A stretch of 64,000 bases of DNA from Phycisphaerae bacterium (lineage in GTDB: Bacteria > Planctomycetota > Phycisphaerae > UBA1845 > Fen-1342): contig JASFQK010000020.1 of NCBI GenBank assembly GCA_050115495.1, positions 1-64,000 on the forward strand, in the 5' to 3' direction. The notes under the pieces are model-generated. The model was not told the origin of the DNA. It was given only the letters and a program-made list of their open reading frames with translations, and made no database searches. Within the stretch, counting starts at the first letter, position 1, and every line of letters starts with the position of its first letter. Positions 63,616 to 64,000 of the stretch are shown piece after piece. A program made the translations under genes and the position numbers.

Positions 63616-64000
63616 ATGAAGCAATGGAGTCCGCGCGTTCGCACGCTGGCCCTGCTGGGCGTGATGATCGGGGTGTTCGGGCTGGCGTACTCGTTGCCGG
63701 TTGGCGACCTGCCGGCGGATAGCTGGCTAGTCGCCGCCGGCCGCGAGTCGTTGCTGATGCTGCAGGACTACGCCCGGCACCATGTGCTGCTCTGCCTGGT
63801 GCCGGCGCTGTTCATCGCCGGCGCGATCTCATGCTTCGTGTCGCAGGCGGCGGTGATGAAGTACTTCGGGGCGCGGGCGCACAAGGCCGTCGCCTACAGC
63901 GCGGCGGCCGTGTCGGGAACGGTGCTGGCGGCCTGCTCGTGCACGATCTTGCCGCTGTTCGCGGGCATCTACACGCGCGGGGCGGGGCTCGGGCCGGCAA
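63616..64000 (+). CDS. DUF318/ArsP-type permease (partial, runs off the window)
   Basis: Not in the ORF track; translates MKQWSPRVRTLALLG...HVLLCLVPALFIAGAI...SGTVLAACSCTILPLFAGIYTRGAGLGPA. Confidence 0.85.
   Translation, partial: MKQWSPRVRTLALLGVMIGVFGLAYSLPVGDLPADSWLVAAGRESLLMLQDYARHHVLLCLVPALFIAGAISCFVSQAAVMKYFGARAHKAVAYSAAAVSGTVLAACSCTILPLFAGIYTRGAGLGPA

Overview
High-GC bacterial DNA, most likely a Planctomycetota (Phycisphaerae-like) genome. This is inferred from the PEP-CTERM proteins, dockerin-like C-termini, the prenyltransferase-repeat protein and the UroD-like paralogs. The housekeeping backbone is tRNA-Gln(CTG), glnS, holB, tmk, nadE and uvrA. The most striking element is an ~18 kb minus-strand tandem array (12906-30816) of six secreted cysteine proteases: two papain-like C1A and four gingipain-like C25. 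All six end in the same duplicated Ca-binding dockerin-like module (DxNxDGxxD/N-NFDI), and a secreted peptidyl-arginine/agmatine deiminase at 41069-43228 carries the same tag. A second candidate system is a pair of paralogous ~410-420 aa uncharacterised proteins with an HTH-like N-terminus (1066-2334 and 61053-62294), each directly beside PEP-CTERM surface-protein genes and behind a clear sigma70 promoter with a palindrome. The window also holds two GT-C/TPR glycosyltransferases, a TolC-family protein, a corrinoid protein with UroD/MtaA-like methyltransferases next to GH63/GH65/HAD sugar genes, a candidate sRNA with a C-rich loop, and the start of an ArsR-permease operon. All family calls come from motif recognition by eye; no database searches were run.
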